A stretch of DNA of 63,976 nucleotides, counting the filler, from Perkinsus olseni (taxonomy: Eukaryota): assembly GCA_013115125.1 (NCBI GenBank). It is 10 parts of 10 records of this genome, joined end to end, with 100 filler letters (N's around TTAATTAATTAA, not from the genome) between each part and the next. Parts side by side here need not be neighbours in the genome. Positions count along the whole stretch, not along the records: positions 39,439 to 45,874 come from JABANN010001099.1; positions 45,975 to 52,391 come from JABANN010001100.1; 8 more parts are not named here. The stretch is one strand, 5' to 3'. The notes beneath the pieces are model-generated. The model had not been told where the DNA came from, ran no database searches, and saw only the letters and a program-made list of their open reading frames with translations. Shown in pieces: positions 39,339-51,300 of the stretch (positions are counted from its first letter, which is position 1; each line of letters begins with the position of its first letter). The translations under genes were made by a program, and so were the position numbers.

Positions 39339-39511
39339 NNNNNNNNNNNNNNNNNNNNNNNNNNNNNNNNNNNNNNNNNNNNTTAATTAATTAANNNNNN
39401 NNNNNNNNNNNNNNNNNNNNNNNNNNNNNNNNNNNNNNGGCGACAGCAGTAGGAAAGCGCGCAGATATCGATCAATTGGGCGCGCGCTAAATTTAGTGAT
39501 TAGGACACAGA

Positions 39512-40147
39512 CGGGGTGTTCAGTAAACCTATTCCGAAATTCAGAATACATTCCAGCATTAGTTTTGGCGAAATCGCGTTCAGTAAACTGCATCCAGAAC
39601 AGATTCTGGAATGGGTTCCAGAATCGGTTCCCAACATGTTCAGTGAACTTCGGAATCGGTTCTGAAACGCATTCCAGAATGAGTTATTTCGGAATAGGTA
39701 AAACCTATGCTGGGAGTTTCGTGGCGCGTGACATCACAGCTGAGGACGGCCAATTTCGTGATGCCCAGAGCGAAGTACAGAGGGAGTCGCTGGCGAGGAA
39801 CGAACCTGGGCGGTACGAGTGGCGACACAGCCGTCAAACGCACTAGACTACTTGAATGGAGTTTGCCCGAGTTGTGTTATAACCTAGCGAAATCTTTTCT
39901 CGAGCGGCGTGCGCATCGGATAAAACGGATCGCTGCTCTGGATATCGCTCAGTTGGCTGCCAGAAACTATTCTGAGAATCGATTCTCAGAATTGAGTTCA
40001 TTGAACACATCTCGGAACTGATTCCGGAACTCGTTCTGAAATATTTGAGAATAGAGTTCACTGAACAGGATTCGGGAATGCATTCTGAGAATTGATTCTG
40101 AGAACAAGTTCTGGAATAGGTTTTGCCAAAGTTTACTGAACAGCCCG
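39512..40147. mobile_element. Non-autonomous TIR element (MITE)
   Basis: 17-bp TIR CGGGGTGTTCAGTAAAC / GTTTACTGAACAGCCCG (one mismatch) and 3-bp TSD AGA. Subterminal TTCAGT(A/G)AAC and TTC(C/T)GAAT-type repeats are mirrored at both ends. Confidence 0.75.
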
Positions 40148-40505
40148 AGAATTTAGTGACAGCCGATGTTTGTGCCGTCATCGTCATGAGGGCTCGGACT
40201 TGAGATCTTGCTCAACTTGAATTTCCTCAACGGCCGCAGGTATCGAAAGATCTTCGTTAGAAGATGCACTCACCCGTGATTCGCGCCGTTTATCGACATT
40301 CCGGTATCCCGCGTACCGCTGTTGGCCAACGGTGCTCGTTAGGCATGTCGATGAGCGTGGCGAGCTAGGCATCGTCGCTGGCTACACTCAGCGTCAATAC
40401 CCGTTCGTTCTTTCAAATCTGCAGCAACCATTTTAGTACTTGTTTTACACTTTAAGTGAGGTAGACAAGGATCGTGAACGCTACGATCGATCATCGTCAA
40501 ACACG

Positions 40506-40586
40506 CTTATGCTCGGCTGCTCTTAGACGGTCTAAGAGCAGCCGAGCATAAGGAGGTTTATCACGTCTAAGTTAGACGTGATAAAC
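40506..40586. repeat. Twin perfect palindromes with single-G spacers (23-bp and 15-bp arms)
   Basis: CTTATGCTCGGCTGCTCTTAGAC-G-GTCTAAGAGCAGCCGAGCATAAG, then GTTTATCACGTCTAA-G-TTAGACGTGATAAAC. Confidence 0.95.
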
Positions 40587-41061
40587 GTCTCATTGCTACT
40601 CTAGGAGTACATTACGTTCGACCGGTCCTGAGCGCGCCGGGCAATTGTTAGTTTTATGAGTAGCTTGTCCCAGTCGGTACGAGTCGTACTACCTGCCAGC
40701 CACTGGCCGGTACTACCTGAGGAATTATTACTATCAGGAGCTACTTTGCCAGCCGTGCCACGCGGCTCGGGTATACGTCCCTTGCCACGCCGAAACCCCT
40801 CGTCACTTTTGGCAGCATTGCTAGAGTCAGCTTTTACAGAGCAGCTCGGATCGAGAACTGCCTTGTGGGCGAAATAATTTCTGATTTTGCAGAAATCGCA
40901 GTCCGCGACAAGGACTCTCTCTGCTGTGTTCCTTGTCCCCAGAATTCTGTGGAGACATCCAAGGGCGAACGTCTCTGAAGCGACCGACGAGTCGAACGCG
41001 TAAGGTGCCAATACACAGAAGCTACAATCGATCGCAGCTTCGCTTTCGCAAAGCAGTCACT

Positions 41062-41840
41062 ATGGGTGTCTTCCCTCACGTCGTTCTACTATTACTCGCG
41101 AGCCTGATCTCGGCGGTGACGGCCTTGCAATCTGGCTGGGCCGAGGTACTCGCCATAATGAGTTCATCGCGGATGATCCATTGCGACGGCTCCCTTCAGA
41201 TGACGCGTCCAACAGGCGACATTCACCCTGGAGGACTCGAGATGGCTACTAAAAAGCTGATGCCTTTCCTCGCCGCGAAGCTGCGATCTCAGAATGGGCG
41301 TCGCGTGCTTATGATGATTACTAATGCAGACACTTGCTTCATGACTTCATCCGATTCCAGCACGCTCAAGATGCGTCATCGAAATTATGGTGGTGGTTAT
41401 TCAGTTCAATACACAGCTCCTGGAGCAAAGCCCACTTCCGTCACATACTGGTGATGTCCGCAAACTGCGCCGTGTACGTCTGGTTCCGTCTATTGCGTCT
41501 CTTCCTTAGGATGAAACCGAATAAGATGGTTGAGCTTGAGTACTTGCGTGGCAAGAAGGGAGCGAAAGTCTCAGGACCCTCTCAGGAAATCAGAAGCGAA
41601 TTCTCAGAGTTTATTCCTTTCGCTCAAGTTGCCGACAGAATCATACAGGGCTTCGAATCTGGTATGAATGATACCCAATGCTCACGGTTGAACGACCACA
41701 TTGAGACGAATCCCCCAGCGGGATACGAGAAATTCGGGAGAGACTGGCTTCGGATGTTTGTGAAGGAGAAGTTCGTGAAGAAAGCAGTGAAGAAGTTGCG
41801 CAAACCTGGCGAAGCTGTGCTACGTGATGAGCAAGGCTGA
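41062..41840 (+). CDS. Secreted hypothetical protein, paralogue A (3 exons)
   Basis: Signal peptide MGVFPHVVLLLLASLISAVTA. The last exon (FSEFIPF...GMNDTQC..L..HIE..PPAGYE..GR.WL) is homologous to paralogue B. Confidence 0.7.
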
Positions 41841-43099
41841 TCCCGGGTCTACGACGCTTGTACGTAGCCTACGAGAATGCGGCTTTTCTCCATCTTCATG
41901 TGGTTCGTGCACCAGCCCGATGTGATGTGGTGTTTGTTAAAGATGCAGTAGTGTCGTGTTTGAGTTTGGCAGTTTAATTCGTAAGCTCAGTGAGCAATAT
42001 ATGTTACAGTCGTGGCCTGCTGTTTAAGATGCTTTAGAGCCGTAAAACGCTTGCTGCGCTCGGCGGGCCAGCGAACCTACTACCAGCGAAATTGATCTCC
42101 GCATTTCGTCGAAACTGAACATACTTCGGGCGTGGCGGCGAAATTGATTTTACTAAAGCATATCTTGGGATGGCATAACTCTAGTGCCATGAAGGCCCAC
42201 GACGAAATCGCCTTTGAAAGGTGTAGATTTGCCTTTGAAACGTGAAATGCGGATCCAGGTCCAGGATTCCAGCATCGATTCTGAGTTTCGGGATTGGTTT
42301 ATTGAACGACCCCATCATCCCAACGATCTACTCTCCATCCCGCCCTCAAATACCGAGAGCAAAGTGCAAAGTGCTACCTAGATAACACAACACTCAGATA
42401 TAGGAGAAGTGAATTTCATCTATTCTTCACAATCACACATCAACAGTTCAATAATGGGTCACTCATGCCTAGCAGTAGACAACATCACACTTTTGCGTGG
42501 CGAGCGACAGCCGACACGACAACTAAAACACACCCCTAGCGTACCGATTCGGACCGTAAAGAACAATGGGAAGCGCTGACTCCCTTCGCCCTGCAGCCCG
42601 AACCCGAGGCCCGGCCTGTCAGACGGTCTGACTCAGACCTCAATAGTCGCGAGGTTAACCCTACAAAGTTCAAACCTGCAAGAGTTGAAGTGTGGAAATC
42701 GTCTTCGAGCTCTTGTTAGCTACAGATGAAGTCTTGCACGTGGACTCTTGCGCCCTTGCCTCAACTGAGCGGGCGGCCCACTGTGGGCCTCGCCTGCATT
42801 TCCTAATTTCGGGAATTTCCGTCGTGGGTGTGTTCGACAGAGCAAAAACTCAGAAACTCGAGGAACGATTCTGGACCAGCATTTCACGTGTGATAAACGA
42901 TTCTGGTGTTGGTCGTGAGTTTCAGAATTAGTTTACTGAACGGAGGGCAAATCTCGTGAGCTATAACAGTACTGCTAGTACTTGTTGCTTTAGCACGTCA
43001 GATAAGATCAGCTTAGCAGTGGTGTGCAATTTGTCGGACCGCCACTGCACATCAGGGAAGCTGTTATCGGTCGCAGACTCGTTTTTCGGAACCGTTGCT

Positions 43100-43861
43100 A
43101 TGAGCCCCCTCGCTTACGTCTTTTTATTCACATCGAGCCTCATCTCGGTGACGGCCATTCATTCTAGTAGGGCTATGGTACTTTCAATAACGTGTTGATT
43201 GTGGACTGTCCACATCGAATTTTCTGCAGACCGACACTCCAAACTCTGAAGGGTCTGTCGAGATGTCGGACCCCGGGGTAGAGTCCACTACGGAGGTGCC
43301 AACGCGGCGACATCGCCGATGGAAGTCTCATCTCTCAGGTTCATGCTGAATCGAACACCTGCATGAGCAGTGACGCTGAAGGCTCGCTACAGATTTCCAC
43401 TTTATGGAGGGGTGGCTATTCAGCCCAGTACATACTCTTTCAAATCGGCATGGAATCGTCCGTGATATATCAGTGGTAACTCGACGCCCGCAGGGGAGAT
43501 GAGAACTCTCATTGAATCTCAACTTAGGATGAAGCCCGGAGGGAGGGCTGGGCTAGAGTATTGGCGTGAAGACCAGGTTGCTCTGTCGGGGTACGAGGTC
43601 GAGGGGCCGACTGAAGACATCAAAAGAAAATACTCCAAGTTCATCCCGTTCGATCATGTGGAAGATATAGTCGTACAGAAATTCGAAGCCGGTATGAATA
43701 AAACTCAATGCTTGGAGTTGGTCAATCACATTGAGGCTAAGCCCGCCGCCGGTTACGAGGAATGGGGGAGAGGTTGGCTGAAGCAGTTCGTGGAGGATAA
43801 TAGGGAGGAAGCTATGGAAAAACTGCGCAAAGAGGGAACGAGAATGTACTATGATGACTGA
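43100..43861 (+). CDS. Secreted hypothetical protein, paralogue B (4 exons if 43278-43338 is an intron)
   Basis: Signal peptide MSPLAYVFLFTSSLISVTA, then GGYSAQY and YSKFIPF...GMNKTQC..HIE. Two intron positions are shared with paralogue A. Confidence 0.65.
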
Positions 43862-44163
43862 GGTTGATCATGGATTAAGTGTTATCTTTATCATGTTCAT
43901 GTGGTGCTGATGATGATGTGTTGTGATGTTTATTGATGATGGTGTGGTGTTGGAGTTGAACAATGAGATGAGATAACAGAAGCAGCAGCGAAAGGGATGA
44001 TGCCAGTTGTTTCTCCCCCTTTCATAGTCAACGCGATGCGGGAACTTCCCGTCGGGGAAGAGTGCAATATTTACCTTCTAGTTCTATGGCAATCTTACTG
44101 CGCATTCTTCGTCCCCTCTCTCGATGGTCACAGTCAAACTTCTCAGTGAGATGACTACCGACG

Positions 44164-44232
44164 CGTATGGAAGTACTTATGAGTCATAAGTTATGAGTCA
44201 CAAGTACTCCCATACGGTCATAAGTTATGACC
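44164..44232. repeat. Nested/twin palindromes built on TTATGA-G-TCATAA
   Basis: A 26-bp-arm imperfect palindrome (44164-44216) is followed by GGTCATAA-G-TTATGACC. Confidence 0.9.
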
Positions 44233-46026
44233 CCCTCTCCGCTATATATACAGCGGCTGTATTACAGCCTAGTATGAGTCTCTAGCTACTGTAGCTGTGT
44301 AGCCCTCTGGCGGTGTATACAGCCTGTATAAGCCTCTGGCTCGGTCCCCGTCTTTCTATGAGGCCGTCACGCCCTACGTGTCTCAGTACAACGCGCTTAG
44401 GATTCGGCGTGTGCTTGAAGCGAGAGAGTCGAGAAGGATGGTTCATGACTTGCCCGAATGCAGTCATGTCTTCCATGTCAGTCTTTTCCATCGTGGAAAA
44501 GACTCGCGTATCCCGCTTCCCCATCCGGGGAGCCAGATCAGGACGCTGAAGACCGCAGATTTCACCCAGAGGGGCAGTTTCCTATGTCCTGCTGCACGAT
44601 GGTGGCCACCAACTGCTTGCTACCAGCAAGCACAGGCTGCCGCCTGGTAACTGCGTCACGCAGTCTGCGTGAAAAGACGTGCTGTTCACACTCCCAAACT
44701 CTGCATCATGGGAGCCTCGAGGTCGAGTCTCTCAGGGACTGTCCCTGCTTCATTGGCGTCCTCCACGGAATGAGACTGAGTGAGACTGTGTCACAACGTG
44801 GGCCCCAGTCGTGGGATGTGTTGTGGTGTTTTTCTGGGTTCCAGAATCTTCGATCCTGTTGTCGATTTTTTTGGTTACAGCCATTGTTAAACAGTGACCT
44901 GAAAGAATAATGGAGCGAGTGGAGAACAGCTCAAAGAAGGCTACCCAGGACCCGTGGTATTGCGGTACTCCGGTCTGGAGATACTGTAATGCTGTGCAAG
45001 TCCATCTGAGACCTCCCAAGATCGCTGCCTTCGTCGAGGGGCCAACCGACCAGAAGCGCGGTAGCGACCTGAACAGCTGGCATTCGAATGGTGAACCTGG
45101 GCTCAGTTAGACACCAAGTGATAAGGTAATGGCACGTGAGCGCCATAGTTGGTCTTTGCTGGACAGCCTCCACTTTGTCTTCGGGAGGAAAGTGAATATG
45201 GAATCTCAACCGCCAAAGGCTGGAAGAGGTCGATGACGAGGACGGGCGGATGATGCGCGCTCGAACAGACTTTCCCCGCCCGATTCCGCTTGATCCTGTA
45301 CAATCTTTCCTGCTTTATGGCTCCATTCGCTTACTCTGTTGATTGTCCCTGGGCTAGCTTCTACAATGTAGATGCAGTCTAGAAGGCAGCCAGAGGTAGC
45401 TTGATGTGCAATCATGGCATTGCAGTGGAATGATCGCATACGCCTTATGGTCATCATCATGTCTTCCCGGATGTACTACGATAATAAGAGCTGCTACAAA
45501 CGTTATACAGGCGGCACGCTCTCCTTGGATAGAGTTTATAACGGAAGTTATTCGGTTTCACTCACGGCTGACAGCGGTACCCTTGCTAGCAATGCTATGT
45601 GTCCTGTATCTTGCGAGTCCTCCTGCACGTGGATTCTTGCGCCCTTGCCAACTAAGCGATCCTCACTTGCTCGACTCGAATTTCCGGGAGCGTATTTCCT
45701 CATTACAGAAATTCTGCCTTGTCGTTGAAACACTAACAGTCAAACCCGAGACCCGGACGGTGGAACGCCTTGTGAATATCTGATCGTTTCGTGACTGTCG
45801 GAGTCGCCGATTTCGACTCGCGAGTCTTGCGACGCAAGACGTAGCTGTCACTTGGGTATCCAGATTACCCGAGCNNNNNNNNNNNNNNNNNNNNNNNNNN
45901 NNNNNNNNNNNNNNNNNNTTAATTAATTAANNNNNNNNNNNNNNNNNNNNNNNNNNNNNNNNNNNNNNNNNNNNAAGGGTTAAGTTAAGCCTTTAACAAC
46001 TCTGTGTGAGTTGAGTTGTAGTGGTA

Positions 46027-47655
46027 TCAACAACATTCACTACACAAAGGCCTTAATTCTTGGGGCTGCTCCGCGGGGATGGACGACGAAGAAGAAGATT
46101 GGCCAGAGACCTGCATCTCATCTCCCGTAGATCTCAAAAACCCTGAAGGCAAAAGCAAATGGTTAGCATTACAGATATCATAGATAGTGGACTGATCTAC
46201 TAGGGGTACCGGCGTTGGCTCAGCAGCAAACCATGGCTCCCAAAGCTCTCGGGAAGAACCATATTTTTCCTTCAAGACATCATGCAAGGCCTTAGTCCTC
46301 GGCGACCACTCGCCCGTAGTTAAAGAAGACGACAGAACAAGGCCTTCAATGTCAAGCCTCCCAGTGGGAAGCCCACTGGGAGCAGACTCGACAACCTCAC
46401 CTACAGGACTCTCAGTGGATCTAGCCGAAAACCACGTCGTAGAGGGCGAAGATGATCGTCGTACAGGAGGGACCCTTGAGCCACCCACACTCCCTTTCAT
46501 ACCGCCACGACGAGACCTCATAGCCTTTGTCATCAAAGGCCTTACAGGTGGCATCTTAGCCGTAGCCGCCTTAGCAGGAGGAGGTGGAAACCGCCTTGGC
46601 GGCGGCACATAGACGAAATCTATCAAGGCCTGAATCGACTCCTGAACATGAGCGTCGAAAGGACAAGTGCCTTTGCGTAACTCGGAAGCAGAAGACATAG
46701 AAAGGCCTGACCGATACTCGCGGTCCGTGCATAGCCGCCATACGATAAGCCTTCCCATCCTCGAGTGCACGTAGATACCGAGGTCATCGCCATTCCTCAC
46801 ATGATACCACAAGGCCTGACCGAGGGCGTGAACAGGAGGAGGGAGTCGATGCCAATTGAGATGATCCAACAAGGCCTGAGCCGTTATACCACTCTTAAAA
46901 TAGGGATGATCCACAAAGCAAAAAGGAAAATCCTCAAGGCCTGTATAACTATACTCGCCGCAAGCATTGCGTTGAGTATAAGAACGAACTCCTTGAGTGT
47001 GATAAGGGCTCTCTTGGACATGCTTCTTAAAGGCCTCAAGTAGATCGGCCAAGTCAAAAGCAGTGGGACCTTCAAACTTATATCCAGGGGGAGTAGCAGC
47101 TGATACCAATAAATTCCCCAAGTTAGGCGGACCACCACGAGTAGGGACAGCCATACCACAAGCCGCACAAAAATACAAATTCTTAGACGGAATCCATATC
47201 CCATGAGAAAAGGCCTCAAGAAGGGGTCCTCCCTCATCCGAGCGAAGAGCGGAATAGTCCAAAGGCGGCAGAATAACAGTATCCAACCCACAACAGACTT
47301 GCATAAGGCCTATAGTCTCTTGAACCCACGGAAATAGCAAACCAGCCACTTCCGCAGCTACATCAGGTTCCTCGAAAGGACAACCAAAAACCAAGCGAGA
47401 CTTCATAAGCTGAAAGTCCGATGAAGACGAACGCCATCTAGACGGAGTATAAGGCCCAACGAGAATAGGATCCCACGGAGGCGGGGCACGACCTGCCGGA
47501 GCCTCCGGCCGAACCCAACGGTTCCAACCCATAGGACCATTCAGGCTTTTAAGCAGGCTGTCGAGAGCGGCAATGGAGGGGTGTTCCTTCCTCATCTCCG
47601 AGTCCAAGGCCTTAATAAGGGGCAAGGCCGCAGGGGTGAGACGAATGACAGACAT
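46027..47655 (-). CDS. Extra 3' ORF of the Gypsy element, 542 aa, unknown function, possible Zn finger
   Basis: Intronless ATG ORF about 660 nt downstream of pol, with FCAACG...KHVQESPYH. It shares the element's AGGCCTT enrichment. Confidence 0.75.
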   Translation of the reverse strand: MSVIRLTPAALPLIKALDSEMRKEHPSIAALDSLLKSLNGPMGWNRWVRPEAPAGRAPPPWDPILVGPYTPSRWRSSSSDFQLMKSRLVFGCPFEEPDVAAEVAGLLFPWVQETIGLMQVCCGLDTVILPPLDYSALRSDEGGPLLEAFSHGIWIPSKNLYFCAACGMAVPTRGGPPNLGNLLVSAATPPGYKFEGPTAFDLADLLEAFKKHVQESPYHTQGVRSYTQRNACGEYSYTGLEDFPFCFVDHPYFKSGITAQALLDHLNWHRLPPPVHALGQALWYHVRNGDDLGIYVHSRMGRLIVWRLCTDREYRSGLSMSSASELRKGTCPFDAHVQESIQALIDFVYVPPPRRFPPPPAKAATAKMPPVRPLMTKAMRSRRGGMKGSVGGSRVPPVRRSSSPSTTWFSARSTESPVGEVVESAPSGLPTGRLDIEGLVLSSSLTTGEWSPRTKALHDVLKEKYGSSRELWEPWFAAEPTPVPLVDQSTIYDICNANHLLLPSGFLRSTGDEMQVSGQSSSSSSIPAEQPQELRPLCSECC

Positions 47656-48318
47656 CCCAGGAAGTGTTCAAATACGGTTTGAACAAAGCGCTACAAGGCC
47701 TCAATCTTGGTCTTCATAACGCTATAACCAGTAACGATGAAAGCGGGCACCATAACTAACGCGTTCGAATGAGAATTCCCGGATAATCACCAATCGCAAG
47801 GGTCGGATCATTCCCGTCTCGGAATTAACAGGGCCGATGCGCGCATCTTGAGATCTTGCAGAACTTGCAATTCCTCAATACTACGGGTTCCAGAATAATG
47901 CGAATTCTGGTACTCGTAAATAACCATCACTGATCAATTGAGTCAGCGAAACAGCGATTCACGTCAAAGGACGAACACCACATGAGTCACAACACATCAT
48001 GGGTAGAAGGCCTCAACATCGCAAACACCGAGAACTTGTCGAAAATCTTCACTAAGAAATGGACTCGTTCAAGGCGGTTCCTTCCAGTTCTTGTCGTCTT
48101 GAGGTAGTCGAAACAACCCAAAAGAGCCATGGTAGTTGAGAGTCCAACAACACTCAAGCAGGAACATACAAAAGGCCATCTTAACCAATAACAAGTGGTC
48201 CATCAACACTAACGTAGTCGACCCAGGTATACCACTTAACGAAATAATACACTCAGTACCTCAAAAGGCCTGAAGAACTATGGCGACGAGCTCACTGTCG
48301 TCGTCAACATACCATATC

Positions 48319-51300
48319 TTACAAATTCAAACGCTTAGGAGGTCGTACCTCTCGTCGAGGCCGATCCCTAGCAAGAGACCAATCATGGGGAGGCACCTCG
48401 GCGACTTCCTCCGAAGAACTACACTCCTCATTGCTCTCAACACCTTCAGCATTGCTTCGAACACCATCATTGCTTCGAACACCATCACTCTCCTCCCCTC
48501 CAAGATCACCATCTTCACCAACCACCGGGGAAGAGGCCGAACTCGAGGAACTTGTCGAGTGAGGCTGTGCAGATTCATTAGCAGAAAGGCCTGATTCTTC
48601 AGAAGCAAGTGAGGAAACTAAGTCTGACTGGTTAACGGAAACAAAATCTTGCACATCATCTCCTAACGCTGATCTCAAAGCCTGAGAGCCCTGGCTACCA
48701 GAGCCAGAGTGACCGTCGTCATCGTAGTCGGCAACAATACCCTCAACTTCCTCTGCACCATCAGGACGTGCACCATCAACCGAAGCGGGCGCAGATGACC
48801 GCTGCTGCTCGCTTGAAGAACCAGTGCTCTGGACCTCGGGGTCTTGAGGTCCAGTACCTTGTGCCAGAAGGGGCGTAGCACGAGAATCCACGTACTCAGC
48901 AACTATAGGAACTTCAGGTCCATGCTGATAAGGTAGGTCTCGAGCAACCGAACTCTCCGAAGATGACGAAGTCGTTTCTTGCCGTAATAGGTCCAATACC
49001 GCAGTCGGAACTTCTTCTGGTTGAATAGGATCTATAAATAAGTGATCAACACTAATAACCTTAACACGATTAGTAGCAGGGTGGATCACTTCCACCGTCT
49101 TGTTCTCAAGGTTCGGCAAAGCCTTAAGAACATACCAATCACCTTCCCACCTAGGGGATAACTTATTAGCTCGTGCAAGGCCTAAGGTTTCCAAACGAAC
49201 CCTCATACCTGGCCGAAACTGACGTTCTCGACTCTTAGCATTATAGGAGGCCTTGTACGACATGGCCGCCTGAGTAACACACTCATTCACCTTGTCCTGG
49301 ATCATCGCTCTCGTATGACTGATGTATCTCGCAAAGGCCTCAGGGTCAAACAACATGTTTTGAACTTGGCCTAAGGAAGGGAACCATAGATCAGGAGGAT
49401 CTCGTCCATACATCAGATAGAATGGAGAGGCTTTAGTGGAAGAGTGAATACTGGTGTTGTAAAACCAGACCAAAGAACCAAGATGTTGATACCAATCGTG
49501 GGTAGTTTCCACGTGTACTCGAAGCATCTTGAGGAAGGTTTGGTTGAACCTTTCCACCAATCCGTTACCAATAGGATGGTAAACGGATGAACGACTCTTC
49601 TTCACACCAAGAAGGCCTAAGACAAACTTAAACATCCAGGACTCAAAAGGAGGGCCTTGGTCAGAATGAAGTCGCAACGGTGGCCCAAATAACAAAAATA
49701 AATGATATAAAGGCCTGGCAACATCTGCCCAAGTATGTTCCTTAAGCGGAACAACATGCGCCCATTTCGTAAAATAATCTTGTAATACCAAAAGAGCCGA
49801 GATCCCATCAGCATTCTTGGGTACTGTAAGTAAATCTATAGCGACCGTTTCCCAAGGCCTACCAATAGGTACCGGCATCAAAGGGGCTGGCGGCGGTCTA
49901 GACTTCTTGCTGTTGAGGCAACCATCACAGGAAGACACATACTTCTCAATATCTTCTGCCATGCACGGCCAATACGCCAAGGTCTGAACTTTTTCCAACA
50001 ACCGGGGAGCGCCAACATGCCCAACATCATCATGAAATCTCTGAATCATAGTATACCGCAAGCTTGTTGGCACCACCGGAACCCAAATAGGACCAGAATA
50101 CGCAGAAGGCCTTACTTCACGCACAAGTAAATCATCACACACATCAAGAGTTTTCTATACCCTCTTGTAAGAAATGAAGTCAGGTCCCTTAAGCTCAGTA
50201 CGGCTCAGCGGAGTAGCATCTTGAGCTCGGGAAGCAACTTGAGATAAGATACCATCATTCTTCTGAGCTTCCAGAAGATCGGCAAAGGAAAATGCCGGAG
50301 TCAGGACCACTGCATGCGCTCCAGGAACGTGAAGATGACTTCGTTCTACAAGGCCTGAAGCACTAACTTGTGCTTGGGTCACCGACGTCTCACCAGTCAT
50401 ACTTGGATCCAACCGAACTCGAGATAAGGCGTCCGCGGCAGCGTTCTTAGAAGCAGGTACATAAACCACAGTAAACTTGTACTGTTGAAGAGCTAATAGC
50501 CATCTTTGTAGCTTCTGGGAAGTTGCCTTCTCAAGCCACTGTAAAGGCCTATGGTCAGTATAGCACGTAACTTGCAGATCATAACCATAATGAAGATGTC
50601 TGAAGCGCTCAAGGCATTTCATCAACGCATAGGCCTCTTTCTCATAAACAGCCCAATTCAGTTGTGAGCCCGAAAAGGTCTGGCTATAGAAAGCTAAAGG
50701 CCTACCATCTTGCTGTAGAACGCCTCCCATGGCATAATCAGAAGCATCTGACGCTATCTGAAAAGGCCTAGAGAAGTCAGGGTAATCCAGCGAGGGTAAA
50801 CCAACCAAGGCTTGCTTAAGATCAACAAAGGCCTGATCATGAATATCATACCAGCTGTCGTTGGTCAAAACCTCGTCCTTAGCAGAAGCCTTAAGCAACT
50901 CTTGAAGACATCGGGCACGGTCGGAATAGTGTGGAATGAAATGTCGATAATAACCAGCAAGGCCTAAGAAACTTCTAAGCTCAGTCGAAGTCCTTGGGAC
51001 AGGCCAACGAACAATACTATCGACCTTAGCTGGGTCCGGAGACATTCCATCAGCACCATAAACATGGCCTAAATACACCACTTTCCTAAGCCCTAGCGAA
51101 CATTTTTCGCCAGACAAAGTCAAGCCAGCGTCTAATAAGGCCTTAAACACCAACCGAAGATGTTCCACATGCTCCTCAGGAGTACGAGAGAACACGAGAA
51201 TATCATCCAAATAAACACGTACAAAGTCAAACTCGCCGACTACATAGTCCATCAACCGCTGGAAACTTGCAGGGGCTGATGACAAACCAAAAGGCATTCG

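Noticed and set aside
44283-44296. 14-nt match TAGCTACTGTAGCT to the YR element 3' flank (reverse strand, near 57673)
   Set aside because: Several 14-mer matches are expected by chance in 64 kb, and no YR or RT remnants were recognisable nearby.
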